From the NCBI GenBank assembly GCA_009602725.1, contig WELB01000007.1:1254310-1318309 (forward strand): a stretch of DNA of 64,000 bases. Reading direction: 5' to 3'. Every line of letters starts with the position of its first letter. Within the stretch, counting starts at the first letter, position 1. The notes below the pieces were generated by a model. It searched no databases. It was not told where the DNA came from and worked only from the letters and a program-made list of their open reading frames with translations. The stretch comes from Spirogloea muscicola. Lineage: Eukaryota. The position numbers were made by a program, and so were the translations under genes. Shown here piece after piece: positions 14,101 to 30,837 of the stretch.

Positions 14101-17100
14101 GCATCAGCTCACACTTAGGCTTCAACTCAGAATTGTATGAGCACATTGCAGTTCTGTCTCTGTCCACATGAATAAGTATGCTAGTCTGCACAACCTTCGG
14201 CAGAGGCAGCACTGCTGTCCTACGCAGCCTCCTAGTATGTCGTCCAAGATCTGTGCACCAGCCGTCAAGGTCTCAATGCACGGCACTCAAAGTTATCTCT
14301 CTCATTCTCTTTGTCCGCACATGGGTTTTCTCCTTCCCCACAAGTGCAGCGATTTTGAGCTGTATAAAGGTAACAACGATGGGAAAGGGAGCAATTGCTC
14401 AATGAACTGCAGGAGGTGATTTCTGGTTGTGTCTTGTCCTGTCTTTAGGTACTTGCATTAGTGTGCATTTGCTGGCCTGGAAGGTGAACCTGCATGTAGG
14501 TAGAGCATACTACAGGACTCATGCATGGTCGGTGACCCAGGCAAGGTCGTCCTTTACCACATCAGGCTGGATAGCAGTGGAGAGTAGGCTTTAGGGGCTG
14601 AATGTTACCCTGTTCCCCTTAGCCTCTCCTCCCTCTTAGTTCCTGGGAGATCTCGGTGACCTACATTCTGAGATCATGGACCTCTCTGAAGAACTTATGT
14701 ATTGTGCAGCCCTAAGGGAGTACGTGGAGGCATCCCCGTGACATTTGCTATTGCTGCACTTGAGCACGATGGAGTTCAGGTGTCACTCAAGCCATGCTTT
14801 TCGGTTTTGGGGGAGAGTAGAAACCCAACTGCCAAGGCCATGTGGAGCGAGATAAAGCAGGTACGCATTTGTTGCATCAACAGGTTTGAACGTGACTCTT
14901 CCTGAAAATGGAGTACAGATATACTTGCAGTTCAGTGGGGCTGCCAGAGTCTTCTCTTGTCCTGCTGAGCACCTTACAAGCATGTATCACAATGTCAAAT
15001 TGCAATTTCATGTTTCTCTTCACATCAGGAGGGCCGATTCAAGGATACAAGTCCAGGAAGGTCTGCTCAACCATCATATGAGGGCGAATGCATTGGGGCA
15101 GCTGTTGCAGCAACAGTCACTGTCCCAGCAAATTCAAGTAGAGAGGTTGTCTTCTCACTATCATGGGATGCTCCTATTGTGAAGTTCAGCAAGGGCAGTA
15201 CATACTACAGGTGAGGCTGTGGCTGCATTGACCGACCTGACGTGACCATGTTGGGACATTGTACATGTAGCAACTGTGGGCAAAAGCTTGAGAATTTGCA
15301 CGTCTGCTCAGCCGAAATGTGTTAGGTCTGTGACTGTACTTACCAAAAAAATTGCTGCAACGCCAGGCAAAACAAAAATGGAATTTACTCATATTTGAAT
15401 AAGAATTGATTGCTGCTTTGCCAGGCGCTACACCCAATTCTACGGCCATGATGGCAAGGCTGCCCCAAAACTTGCTCATGATACCCTTCTGAGTATGTGC
15501 ATGCTCTATTCTTTCTGGTCAAATGTTGTACCCTTGTACCCCTGCTTGTTGATCTGATGTTGGAAATTATCACGATCAAGCTCGCTCTCAGAGGCTTTCC
15601 TATTTGCCACTCTTTGAGAGTGAAGTAGATACCAGACTCCAGACAAATAACAGTAGGAGAAGGCTTGCCGTGTCAATCAGTCACATACCGCTCAGAAGTG
15701 GTGCTGCTGGATGGATAGATGGATGCATGGGTCGAATGCTTGCAGGATAAAGTCCAAATCTGACAAAAGCACGAAGGTGCATTTGTCCAGGATTCAAGGA
15801 TTGGAGCGATGAGATTGAGAAGTGGCAAAGTCCTATACTTTTAAATGAGACACTTCCAGAGTGGTATGTCCACCTTAGGAACAGGCTAGGACATTTCCAG
15901 TGCCTGCAGAATTTTTACAGTACATCTAGAGCCTTCATGATTGCCCCTGCAGAGCCCTGTTGAGCATCAAATAGTGTGGCATTGCTTGAGCATATCAGGC
16001 CAAGTCTTGTAAAGCAGATGGAAGTGGGACCAGTAGCAGTTACTTCATGTGGTTCATCCCTCTTGACACATTTTGTAGGTACCGAATAACATTGTTCAAT
16101 GAACTGTACTACCTCGTTGCTGGTGGCACCGTCTGGACTGGTCAGTAGATCCCATTGAGCTTCCTGCAGATGTCAGATTGAAAAAGTACCTTTGGAATGA
16201 TACGGCATGGCGTCATGTATTCGATTGGTTAAGTCACACAGACTCAACATTGTTGTTCCTTCACCCCCCCCCCCATCCCCCGCCCTCCTCCAAAGCATCA
16301 GCCTGTCGTGAAGCTTATGTTTCCCCTAATGCGCAACTATACTAGATCTTGAGACGACACAAAAATATTGATGGCCTGGTTGTTGTTGTCTTCTCGGGCC
16401 TTTTCAATCTACACACCTACAGATGGTGGACCGCGACTACAAGAACGCACAGCAGAGGAAGTGGGCCCTCTCAGTCGATGGGTGGGCCCAGTTGAGACAG
16501 AAGATTCAACCATCTCAGATGACAGCAGTACTGAGCACAGCGGCACCCTTGCCAATAGTACCGGGACCACTTTTCAGGGCATTGTCTCAACCATAGCAGG
16601 GCTTGTGACGCCTGCAGCAGAAGTCACACAACCATACGAGGAAGTGGTAGGAGATGCCATCTCTCCGGAGTCAGCTACTGTTGCTGGCAGTGCAGCAATG
16701 ACTCCTGATAATTTAGACTTCCACCTTTCAGAAGAGGAGGGCAGATCACGGAGGATAAATGGGGCTTCCCTTGTGACTAGTCTATCAATGACGGGCCTTG
16801 CAGAGAAGGTGCCAAGCGGGCAATTAGAGGCACTTGATCTAGCAAAGCCCCCCAGCAAGAAGGGTAGTAGGAAGCATGGCCTTCGTCAGTCACCATGGCG
16901 CAGGCATGAGAGTAAGAAGATGGTTTCCCCTGATAAGGACTTTGCCAAAGTAAGCAAAACGCCCAGTCGCAGCAGTAAGAGGGAGAAGCTGCGGATCAGA
17001 GGCAGCAAGGCTCGATCATTAGATGATACTTTGGCAGAGTCTGCAACTTGGAGGAACTCAAGCGGCGTATCCCTCCTGTCAAGTGGTGAAGAAAACGTTG

Positions 17101-20100
17101 GCCAATTCCTGTACCTTGAAGGAGTTGAGTACATCATGTGGAACACGTGAGATGCTCTTGTCCTGTGTCAGGCCTCCTTCTGACAACCTTATAGCATTGA
17201 AATTTGACACTTATTACATCCTAGTGCTGCTTTGCAGATGTGGGTGTGTACACAAAGAACTGTTCCCGATTAGTTTGCAATCAGTAGCTGCAGTACCAGC
17301 ACTTTTCGGCTGTAGCAACTGTTGTTGGTCTGTCTACTATGAGTGTTGGACTCATTGTCTTGCAGCTCAGCTTTGTTGCCTCATAGTCCTCATTCTAATG
17401 CTTTTAGTGGTGTGATTGCCCAGATATGACGTTCATTTTTATGCTTCCTTTGCCCTCCTGGCCCTCTTTCCAAAGATAGAACTAAGCATTCAGCGAGACT
17501 TCGCAGTGGCATGCCTCACAGAGGTGGAGTACCACCCTCTTTGCAATTTCGCCTCCACATGTGGAGGTGTATGTCATGTCCAGTCCTTGAAGTGGTTGCA
17601 AGCTTGTTGTCATGAATACTGAGGTGTATATTCGTCATGTCTAAGCTTTGCCACTTGTGTCTTCCTGCAGCTGAAAGGATTGACGAGGTACTTAGCGAAT
17701 GGTCATCTTGGCAAGAGTAAGGTCATGGGTAGTATACCGCATGATCTAGGGAATGCGGAGCCCTGGATTGAACCCAATGCCTACAACATCCACGACACCA
17801 GCCAATGGAAAGACCTAAATTGCAAGTTCGTCCTTCAGGTACAGAGGACACTCCTTAATACTCCACTTGAGCTGCATGCTACATCCATCTGCGTCATGTC
17901 AACACTCTTTTGCAAATTACTACCAGCAATGCATGGTGAGGCAGGTCATAAGCTGGCCGCTATGATTGCAGTGAACCTTTAGACTGGGGTGCAAGACGAG
18001 TAATTATCCATGTATTCGGCCCCTTGACTATGTGCTATATGATGCTCACTGGCTGTGCGAGATGAAGTGCATAATTGGATGTGCAGACCAATCCACATTC
18101 TTGAAACCTTCTCACAAGACCATCTTGTTATCACAGGTATACCGTGACGTTGTGGCAACAGGAGATATGAAGTTTGCCAAAGCCACCTGGCCAGCTGTGA
18201 GTTGGCCACTCACGATAACCTTGTATCATGGTCACTTGCGCTAGATGCTGCTCTGTCGCTTTCTCTTCACCTACCTGTTCTCATGCAGATTGTACTCTGA
18301 ACAGCCCTCGTGAAGCCCCTGCAGGTCCATGCTGCAATGCTATATATGGAGCGATTTGACAAGGATGATGATGGCTTGATTGAGAATGATGGCTTTCCTG
18401 ATCAGACCTATGATGCCTGGTGAGCATGTTGTCAATGCAGTGCTCTATTTCAAGCCAGTGGAATTGTAATGATGTGTTGCAGCTAAAGCAGGAGACAAGC
18501 ATGTGCTCCTGTATTGCAAATCTGTTTCAGATGGGTCATGGCTTGTCCTGGACAGGTCTGTCCATGGCGTGAGTGCATACTGTGGTGGGCTCTGGTTGAC
18601 CGCTCTCCAAGCAGCGAGTGCAATGGCTGAGCTGATGAGAGATGCAGATGCATCGAAGTACTTCAACGATCTGCTGCAGAAGGTCTTACAATCTGCTGCT
18701 ATCTAGCTGACAAAGATTGCTTAGACCAGGCAACAGCAGAGAGAAATGGCTACTGCCTGCCTACAGTGACTGCAGCTCATTGAAATCAGATCTTCCTCCA
18801 ATAGTTCTGCTTTCAGGCATCACTGCTCTGGAATGAAGGGTGCAGCTTGTCTATGAAGGCAGGAGATGGCGGACGACCTCATACTTCGCTGCGTACTGTA
18901 ACAGTTGCCTCATGCTGCATGCCCGTGTTCTCTTGACAGGGACGAGACTCCTATAAAAAGAAGCTGTGGAATGGCAGGTACGTTGAGGAAGTAGACTGGC
19001 AATGCCTGATTGCATCCTCATGTCTGCACGCGGGATGCGATGTCTTGCTTAAGTTGTAGCTACACTGCTGGAGCCTGTACATCTTTCCACTGCTTTCCAC
19101 TGCAGCTTTCCACAAAGCCAATGTGTCGCTTTGCTACAGGTACTTTAATTATGACAGTGGAACAAGTAGCAACAGCAACTCCATACAGGCAGACCAGCTG
19201 GCTGGACAATGGTACGTAGATTGATGTCAGCGTCTCTTTGCTTGTGTATCTTTCCCTGTGCCCAGCATACTGCCAGCCTAGGAGTATTAGTCCAATATTC
19301 ATAGCACATGCTCCAGAGTAGTCGTAGAAACACCCTCAGCAACATCACACTTGCACTTCCTGAACTGCAGGTATGGATGGTCCAGTGGTTTGCCGCCGCT
19401 CTTTGATGACTCCATGGCTCGGAGTTGTCTAAAGATGATATTTGAGTACGTGCTTACTGCTTTATTTGTTTAGCTGAGCTTACTGCCACAGCGACACTCT
19501 TGTTTCTTGATTGCACTGTTAACAATTGTACTGAGAACTGAGAAGCACTTGTGCTCATTACTGAGCACAAATGGGGCTTACTAGATAGAAGGTGACTTAA
19601 ATCTCACCAACTATCTCACCTTGATTTTGCTATGAGGTCTATGCAGTTATAATGTAATGAAGGTCCATGGTGGTAGGATGGGTGCAGTTAATGGCATGCA
19701 CCCCAATGGCAAGGTGGGTGAGGTGTGACCAGGAGCTACTGCCTTGCAAGCTCACTCCTTGCTAGACTGCAGCAAAGAGCCTCAGGCTCTTAATGCTCAT
19801 CAACTTTGTATATTCTGGAGTAGATTACTAACGACTTCACCTTGATTGCTTGTCTCTTGAGGTCCAGGTAGATGAGACATGCATGCAGTCACGAGAAGTG
19901 TGGACTGGAGTTACTTATGCAGTTGCTGCTGCTATGCTGTATGAGGTATGCGCCCAAGTGTGTCAGGTTGCTCAACATGCAGGATTGAGCAGGGCATATC
20001 CACATAGAAAGGTCTTATGTTGTTTTTCTACTGCATGTCGTGGCCCCAGAGTCTTGGCTCGTCTAAGGCTCTAGTGTTTGCAGCAGCACAGCTGAGCAAT

Positions 20101-20580
20101 CAGCAATCTGTAATTTCCTGTCTGTGTTCTAGTGCATTGTATGCCTATTACCAGGCATTGTCCTCCTATGCTTCTTGCTCTTGACCAGTTTGTATGGTTT
20201 CTGAGCATTAGGGCATGAGAAAGGAGGCCTTCACAACAGCAGAGGGGATATTTCAAGCCGGCTGGTGCGACCATGGGTGAGCTTCTCTCGTGGTGCACCA
20301 GTGGAAATGACAGTCCAATGTGAAGAGGGATAATTTGGTAAACCCTTCTGTTTGTCTTGACATTGAGATTGGGGTCATCTAGCTGTTCTGAGCTCATGGT
20401 GGAATTTGTCTATCACATAGGTACTGGTTTCAAACTCCAGAGGCGTGGACAACAACAGGTCGATTCCGCTCCCTAACGTACATGCGGCCACTAGCTATTT
20501 GGGCCATGCAGTGGGCATTAAGCCCTCCACCACGAATAGCCTTGGCCGCCTCAAAGTCCTCGCAGAGTCTCTCGGTATAA
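11101..20580 (+). CDS. GBA2: Non-lysosomal glucosylceramidase (GH116), multi-exon
   Basis: Exons: [46 protein letters not shown]...[95 protein letters not shown]...[14 protein letters not shown]...*. Confidence 0.93.
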
Positions 20581-21600
20581 TGTGCTCACTGGGTAGCCAA
20601 TACACCAGTTTTCGTTGCACATGACACAGAAGTCATTATTGTTTGTCACGATGGTGCACGCTGTCAACTTGCCTCTGAGCAGGACAGCAGCTCCACTATG
20701 GAGCCTTTAGTCTGTGCTCAGCAATTATTGCTAGAAGTCAACAGAGCTTCATGGCATTTTCATAGGACACTGCATACCTGGTCATGCGCGACACTAGACA
20801 TTTGAAGACATTGCACCTTGGCAATTGCTGCTCTGCCACTTGTACCTTTCAAAGTGTATAGATACAGAACATTCAACGAGTCATCAGCCATAGGCCATTC
20901 AAAGAGCTGGGCTGCTGCGTCCAGCATACTATGTTGGAGGGCACTTTTAACTGAGATGCAACTTGCCCATATTACATGTAACAGTCACAGTCTACCCTCT
21001 TTAATGAGGTATTCTTGACATTACTGCACAGGTTGTGTCCTTGGTAGAGATGGTTGTCGATTGAAATAGGACCCAACCAGTCAAGTATATTTGCTGTGTT
21101 AAGCAGCCAATTGCACTTCCTTGAAACAGCACAGAAAGCTGTGGCGCCCTATGACACTGGGTGTGACTGCAGAGGCCTGAAATTACTCAGACGCACAGCG
21201 GCACTTATAATGCCTGGGATACTGGCCTTTTAACAGTCTGGCGAGGTTGCTCATCTCACAAAGTCACGGTTACTGCCATTCGTGCGGGCCAGCCCTAGCC
21301 CTCAGTCCAGTTGCGATGTCAGCCTGCAGAGTATGAGCTGAAGGAGGGCGAGTTAGTGCTTCCTGAGGCTCCTTGTCTTCGACTGGGAGTCGCCCTGTTG
21401 GTTTTAGCATGCAGCTCTTCCCGTCCTTGTCTCCTATGAGAAGGAGCAGTTCTGCCAAAGTGGGGCGAGGCTACGGGAAAAAGCCGGCCCCTATCATACA
21501 CTACTAAACGAGATGCGAAGGGGTTTGACCACGGGATGCGCGCGGCCGGGCCGCTGATTGCGCGGCGCGCCTCGCCGGGGCGCGCTCCGGGCGCGGGGCN

Positions 21601-22648
21601 GCTTCGCAGCCGCGATGGACAAGGCCGCCTTCACCACCGCCTTGCTGCAGCTCTCGGAGGCGGACCTGCGCGGGCGTGCGAGACTCTACTCGGCCTCTTC
21701 CCCGGGGGCAGCGGCGTGGCTCCAGGCCCTCCCCCTCAACGACGCTCTCACTCTCCCGGACGACGTATTCCGCAGTGCCGTCCTCCGGCTCCTGGGCCTG
21801 CCGCCGCCATGCCTCCAGGGTGTGCGTCAGTGCGAATGTGGCGAGCGAGGGGCCGAGCCTGGGGAGCTGGCCGCTCATGTTCTGTGCTGTTCCCACGGCG
21901 GAGAGCGGACAGTGGCCCACGACTGCCTCCGGGATGCGATGCATGGCATCCTGGTGGAGGCTGGCTTCTCGGTGGCAGCGGAGAACTCCGCCGTCATGCC
22001 GCTCCAGCAAAGGGCCAACGGTCTCCATGCACGTCGTGTAGACCTTGTGGCCACCCCACAAGCCGGAGGGCCACGTCTTATCCTGGATGTGGTGACCACA
22101 GACGCATACGACCGCTCACACCTTGCCCAATGTGCCATCAAGGTTGGGTATGTGGTCGCCTGCGCCGCTCGAGCTAAGGAGCTCAAATATGCTGATCATC
22201 CGCGGGGAGACGAGTTCTTCCCGCTGGCCATCGACACGCATGGGGCGTTGGGCGCTCGGTGGCTCGAGCTGCTCAACCAGCTGGCCCGCCACGCCATCGT
22301 CCGCCGCTTCCATGGGGAGCCAGTAGACTTTCCTGCAGCCGGGTCGCTAGTGCAGGTGTACCGGACGCGCTTGGCCGTCTCGCTGCAGAGGTCTATGGCC
22401 CGCGCGCTGCTCCTGTGTGCCGGCAGAGCCCTCGCTGCTGCCTCTGGCTCTGGGCAGGGGACCCACTTCCAGAAGCCTAGCTTCTCTGACCTGAGGCTGC
22501 TTAGCAGGGTTTACTGCGTAATACGTAGCTGCTTTGTTTCTTGTTGTGCTTGTTTTCCTTAGCGCTTCCCCTGGGCCCCTTCTCGTACTTTGTTCCTTCT
22601 TAATGAGCTGGCTTTTCCAGGTATCCTCAATGGGCGAGCCCTTTCTTG
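21601..22648 (+). mobile_element. CRE-like non-LTR retrotransposon 3' portion (family F1b): zinc knuckle, RLE endonuclease ORF and 3' UTR
   Basis: Open frame with AWLQALP, CEC..H...C knuckle, AHD, RRVD..LILDV, KELKY, FFPLAIDTHGALG, RLAVSLQR, ending SDLRLLSRVY (TGC where the copy at ~36230 has TGA). The UTR matches 36196-36357 and ends in a hairpin plus CTTTCTT. It starts right after a single N. Confidence 0.85.
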
Positions 22649-23013
22649 TGAAAAGCCAGCCCAACCGTGGAATAACCGACGTGGATGCCTTTGGGCTGGC
22701 CTCTTCCAGCCACCAGTTAATCTGGCCGCGCTTGCTCTTTGGATGCAGAGTGAGTCGTGCTTCAGTCGGCTCCTAAAGAAGCAGCTCTCCTGTGAAAGAG
22801 TACAAGAAATGAACAGTGCTTCGCTTCGGGCGCCCAGCCGCACAGAGCCCCGGGTTTAAGTAGAGCCGGGGGGCGGGCAGACCATGGGGAAAGGGCACCT
22901 CCAAGGGGTAATCTAAGCGGCTGTTGGCTTACATGCACACCGCGCGGCCCAGCAGCACAGCCCGAAGCCCTTGCAAGCCGCGGCGAGAGGGTCAAAGCCC
23001 CGGCGCCGGCGCC

Positions 23014-26558
<3,545 letters not shown>

Positions 26559-27031
26559 CAGATAGTATTGAATCTGATGAGAGGTCATAATGGTCATGTT
26601 GGCTGCGGACGTCAAGCACATGTGTAAAGTACAATAGAGCTGCCCATGCGCCCTTTATCTCATCCATAACAAATTCGTTGACACCATGTCAATCTGATAT
26701 TGCCATCTCTCTCAGGGAGTATTAGAAGATGTAGCCGCACGCTGCATTTAATTCATGGCTGATGGCACCATTATGTGCCATCGGCTATGAATAGCTCCAT
26801 GAGACAAGACTTTGCAAGATGCAATGCAAGATGCAACGTTGCCAACTCACACGCACCACTGTGTTTTGCTTTTGCAGCAAGCCTCGCTAAACACCAGCCC
26901 AGACTCAGGGGCTAGTCATTTACATGTAGCAGTTACCTGAACAATGAGTGAACGAGGAAAAGAATGGAATGACTACAATTTTGAATGCAACTTTCACCCT
27001 TGGTGCAAGTGGAGGAAAGTAAGCAACGGCC

Positions 27032-28178
27032 TCATGTGCTACTTGTTTGGCCCTTCAATGCTTGATGATCGTGTGCCTTATGGTCAAGGACACCTGCCAC
27101 ATCCTTCTCCTCTGAGTGTTGATCATATGAACCAACATTTGCCTGCATCACACCACCATACAGACGTGACTCAAGGGCTGGTTCAGATCAGGGCGCCCCA
27201 AGGTCATGCTTCCAAGAAGAGGCAGCCTTGGCAACTGTATGTCATGCAAATATTGCCAGGAAGAGGCAGCCTTGGCATGTGTATGTCATCAGAACATTGC
27301 CAGGAAGCCATTGATTGGCGGAACATAGGCATATGCAGTGCAACTGTCCATGTAGACCACACCTCTACGCGCTGGCCCATCAGCAGGTAGCGCTCGTGCA
27401 GCTTCTTCCCGCCAATGTGCACATCTGTGTCGCACTGGACACATAGTGATGTACCATCTATTCCGCAGTAGAAAAAAGCTGGAGGCAACATGGAGCAGGA
27501 CGGCGTCAGGCTGATCATTCAGAAGCAATGACGAACACAGTGAGACATTTGGATTGATCTTGCTCTGGCAGCAACTGGGCGAGCTGCAGCATCTTCTGCC
27601 TGCTCTGTATGCCAAGGATACAATGACTGAATCCAGGGTCACAGCGTGACGAGAAGCAGCGAGATGCAATGCCACACCTGGTGCATTCTCGCATATGTCA
27701 CAGCGCGGGACAGCCCGCGCATCTGCTAGCGCCAGCCGCACGTGCCTGCTTGCCAGCTTGTTGCAGCCGTGGACCTGCATTCCACCGACAAGAGAGGGAG
27801 GACAAAGGGGGGAGCGGGAAGTGGGAGAGGGACCAGGAAGAGTGAGTATGGCAGCAAAGAGCTGGCACCCATGCACAATCCGAAGTGTCCAACTCAGGTA
27901 GGCTTGGCTGAGTGCACGAACTCAGCAGGACGGAGGTCAGTGGACTGAATGGCCTGCTGCGTTGGGTAGAGACCCTCTCCGCATGGTGCACAATCTATCC
28001 TATGCTGCAAGCCAACTGATGTGGCGCTGGGCAATGACCGTCCGGCGCTGGCGCCGGGCATGACGGGGGAGGCTAGCAGCAGGACCTTCTCGTCGCACTT
28101 GTCGCAGAGCGCAGCCTCGTCGGCGACGCAGAAGAGGCGCGCGGGCGCCACCTCGCAGACGTCGCAGAGCGCCCTCAT
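27032..28178 (-). CDS. Double B-box zinc finger protein (BBX18/19-type); last exon uncertain
   Basis: [31 protein letters not shown] / [26 protein letters not shown] / [39 protein letters not shown]: two B-boxes and no CCT domain seen. Confidence 0.88.
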
Positions 28179-28829
28179 GCCGGCCGCTGCGGCGCGCTCA
28201 TCCGCTGCCCGACATGGGCAGCGGCCGCGCCCGCCGGGCTTCCGCCATGCCCTCCGGTGGCGCTAACGAGGACGCGAGTGGCCGCGAGCGGGCCGAGCTT
28301 CTGCGGCCTCGGCCGCCGCCTCCCGGCACCGGTGCTGACGGCGAGGCGTGCCACTGGTGGTGGCGCGGTGAGCCTCCTAGGCCCGGGCCCAGTGGGGCTG
28401 CGGCGCCAGGGACGCCGGCCCCGACATTGTGGCGGGCCTCCGGACTGACGGCATTGCCCTGCCTTCTGGAGCCACCCGACGGACGAGGGCGGACAGCGGC
28501 GGCGGCGGCGGCGGCCGGCGGTCGCGGGCTGGCTGCCACGCGCGGAGGCGCCTGGCGGCAGGCAGGGCGGCGCCAGGAGGGCCAGGCGCGGCCGTCAAAG
28601 AGAGGCAATGAACGAGGGCCACCGAGAAGGCGAGAAGCCGTCAGGGGGGGGGGCCCCAATCCGGTGACGTGGCGGGGGCGGGTGGGCCGCCGGCCCTCGG
28701 GGAAAAGATACGGGCACTCCCGCCAGCCCGCTGCGGCCGGGGAGTGCGGGAACGCTGGGGAACCCGGGGCCCGCAGCGCGGAGCCGCACATCCACCTCCA
28801 CCTCCACCTCCACGCCCTTTCCCTAATGC

Positions 28830-30830
28830 GGATAGTTTTCCGGCAGCTAGCCCGTCGGATCTGAGGCTCCTCACTCGTAACTACTGAGTGATCCATCCTC
28901 CCCCTGCTCTGCAGGACGCGCTCTGGCCGCCGCCTCCGGGTCTCGGCGGAGCGCCTCCTTCCCCGCATCGAGCTATTCTGACCAGCTGTTGCTCACTCGT
29001 GGGTATTGAGCTTCCCTGGTGTGATGTTAGGCGACGTTCACGGACACGCTGCAGCTCCTCCCCGCAGGCGACGTGCGCGGCCGTGCTCGGCTGCTGTCGG
29101 CCGCCTCCCCCGGCGCGGCAGCCTGGCTCTCTGCGCTCCCACTGTATGATGCGCTCAGGCTGCCGGACGAGCTGTTCCGCACGGCCACGCATCGCCTGCT
29201 GGGCCTCCCCCCGCCCTGCCTGCTGGGCGTGCTGCAGTGCGAATGTGGGGAGCGGTCGACGGACCCGGCGGAGCTGGCGGCGCATCTCCTCCGCTGCGCC
29301 ACTGGAGGCGAACGAACAGCTGCGCACGACCTCTTGCGTGATGCTATGTTCGGGATCTTTCAGGAGGCGGGCTACACGGTGGCGATGGAGAACGCCTCGG
29401 TCATGCCCATCCTCGAGAGGGCTGACGGACACCATACGCGTCGTGTGGACCTGGTGGCGTCCACGCCGGGAGGTGGCGCGCGGATCATAGCCGATGTAGT
29501 CACCACCGATGTGGTCGACCGCTCCAACCTGGGGCTCTCTGCCTCGCGGGCCGGCCACGCTGCCTCGAAGGCCGCTCGCTGCAAGGCGGCCAAGCACTCC
29601 GACCACCCACCTGCCGACGAGTTCGTCCCCTTGGCGGTGGACGTGCACGGGGCTCTTGGGTCCCAGTGGCTTGACCTATTGGCTAGGCTTGCGCGGCGGG
29701 CTGTGTCCCGCAGACGCGGCGAGCCAGCCGACTTCAACGCCGCGGGCTCGTGGGCTCAGGTATATCGGATGCGCCTCTCTGTATCCCTGCAGCGGTCCAT
29801 GGCCCACGCTCTGCATCTGCGAGCTGGCCGTGCTCTCGCTGCGGGCTCTGGCTTTCGTCAGGGTGATAGCTTCCCGGCAGCTAGTCTGTCGGATCTGAGG
29901 CTCCTCACTCGTACTTATTGAGTGATCCATCCTCCCCCTGTTTTACCATTGCATCCTCAGGCCCCTTTGTAGCTGCTCACCGCTCTTAGGCCCCTCTGAA
30001 CCTTTGTGAATGCTTTTTGGGCTGGCTTTTCGCAGCCCTTGCCCCCATTGGGAGTGCCACTTCTTTCTTCTAGTGTGATGTTGTGTTTGGTAGAGTAGTC
30101 CTTCTTTGGCTTTGGACATTGTCCATTCTTTTTTTGGGGCTGGCTTTGCCAGCTCCTCTTCTCTATGGGAGAGCCCTTTCTTACCATAGCATCTTCAGAC
30201 CCCTTTGTAGCTATGTTGCTCACCCGGGGGTATTGAGCTTCCTGTGATTTCGTCGTGTCTTATTCTCTAGCTGCCTAGCTGTGTGTTTTTGTTATTTTCG
30301 GCTTTTGACATTGTCCATTCTTTCTGGGCTGGCTGCTCAATGCTTTTTCTTTGTCAATTCTTTTTTGGGCTGGCTTTGCCAGCCCCTCTTCTCTATGGGC
30401 GAGCCCTTTCTTTCTTTCTGCAGCCCTTGCCCCCATTGGGAGTGCCACTTCTTCTTTCCCTTATGTTCCTACGCCAGTGATCGTTTTCCGATGGGCGAGC
30501 TCTTTCTTCTTTCTTCTTTCCGGCAGGATCTGAGGCTCCTCACTCGTAAGTACTGAGTGCTCCATCCTCCCCCTGATCTGACATAGCATTCTCCGACCCC
30601 TTTGTAGCCGCCACACGCTTGTAGGCCCCTCCAAATCTTTGTCCGTTCTTTTTGGGCTGGCTTTTCGCAGCTCTTGCCCCCATTGGGAGTGCCACTTCTT
30701 TCTTTATGTTCCTACGCCAGTTCTGAGCTAGCTCGTTCTGGCCCCTTCGAAATTTGGCCCCTTCGAACCTTGTCACATCTTTTCGGGCTGGCTTCTCACG
30801 GCCCTTGCCCCCACTGGTAGAGCCACTCCT
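28830..30830 (+). mobile_element. Nested cluster of co-oriented CRE-like retrotransposon 3' ends (families F1 and F4)
   Basis: Five ORF termini (LTRNY* 28887, LTRGY* ~29009, LTRTY* 29921, LTRGY* ~30237, LTRKY* 30556) and about seven full or partial terminal hairpin modules. TSDs ctRgtgtgatgtt (29016-29028/30070-30082) and ttatgttcctacgccagt (30461-30478/30704-30721). Confidence 0.88.
29029..29921 (+). CDS. C-terminal part (zinc knuckle and restriction-like endonuclease) of CRE-like retrotransposon ORF, family F1
   Basis: Uninterrupted frame: AWLSALP, CECGE..AHLLRC, AHDLLRD, RRVDLV..IIADV, KAAKH, FVPLAVDVHGALG, YRMRLSVSLQR, SLSDLRLLTRTY*. Clearly homologous to the 21601-22520 ORF. Confidence 0.85.
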
Positions 30831-30837
30831 TACTGAA

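Noticed and set aside
16420..17090. Long Ser/Thr/Lys-rich insertion in GBA2
   Set aside because: It falls in a linker that is variable in plant GBA2 homologs; no domain recognised.
21280..21500. Minus-strand structured segment with CTAAAACC, considered as telomerase RNA or another Pol III ncRNA
   Set aside because: The putative template is too short, there is an internal T5 run, and no clear USE/TATA or MRP/U3/7SL boxes. Its first ~55 nt resemble a decayed copy of the retroelement terminal module.
28198..28968. Long overlapping ORFs in GC-rich promoter regions (also 9.6-11.0, 46.0-47.9 and 57.1-58.1 kb)
   Set aside because: Stop-codon scarcity in very GC-rich DNA; low-complexity Arg/Ala/Pro translations with no recognisable domains.
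30014..30070. GGCTTTTC..AGCC hairpin as a histone stem-loop or HDV-like ribozyme
   Set aside because: Stem and loop geometry differ from the histone consensus, no histone gene is present, and the HDV P1/P3/P1.1/J4-2 pattern could not be fitted.
30014..30830. Palindromic repeats with variable spacers resembling a CRISPR array
   Set aside because: Eukaryotic context, irregular spacing, no cas genes, and the 'spacers' are retroelement UTR pieces with TSDs.
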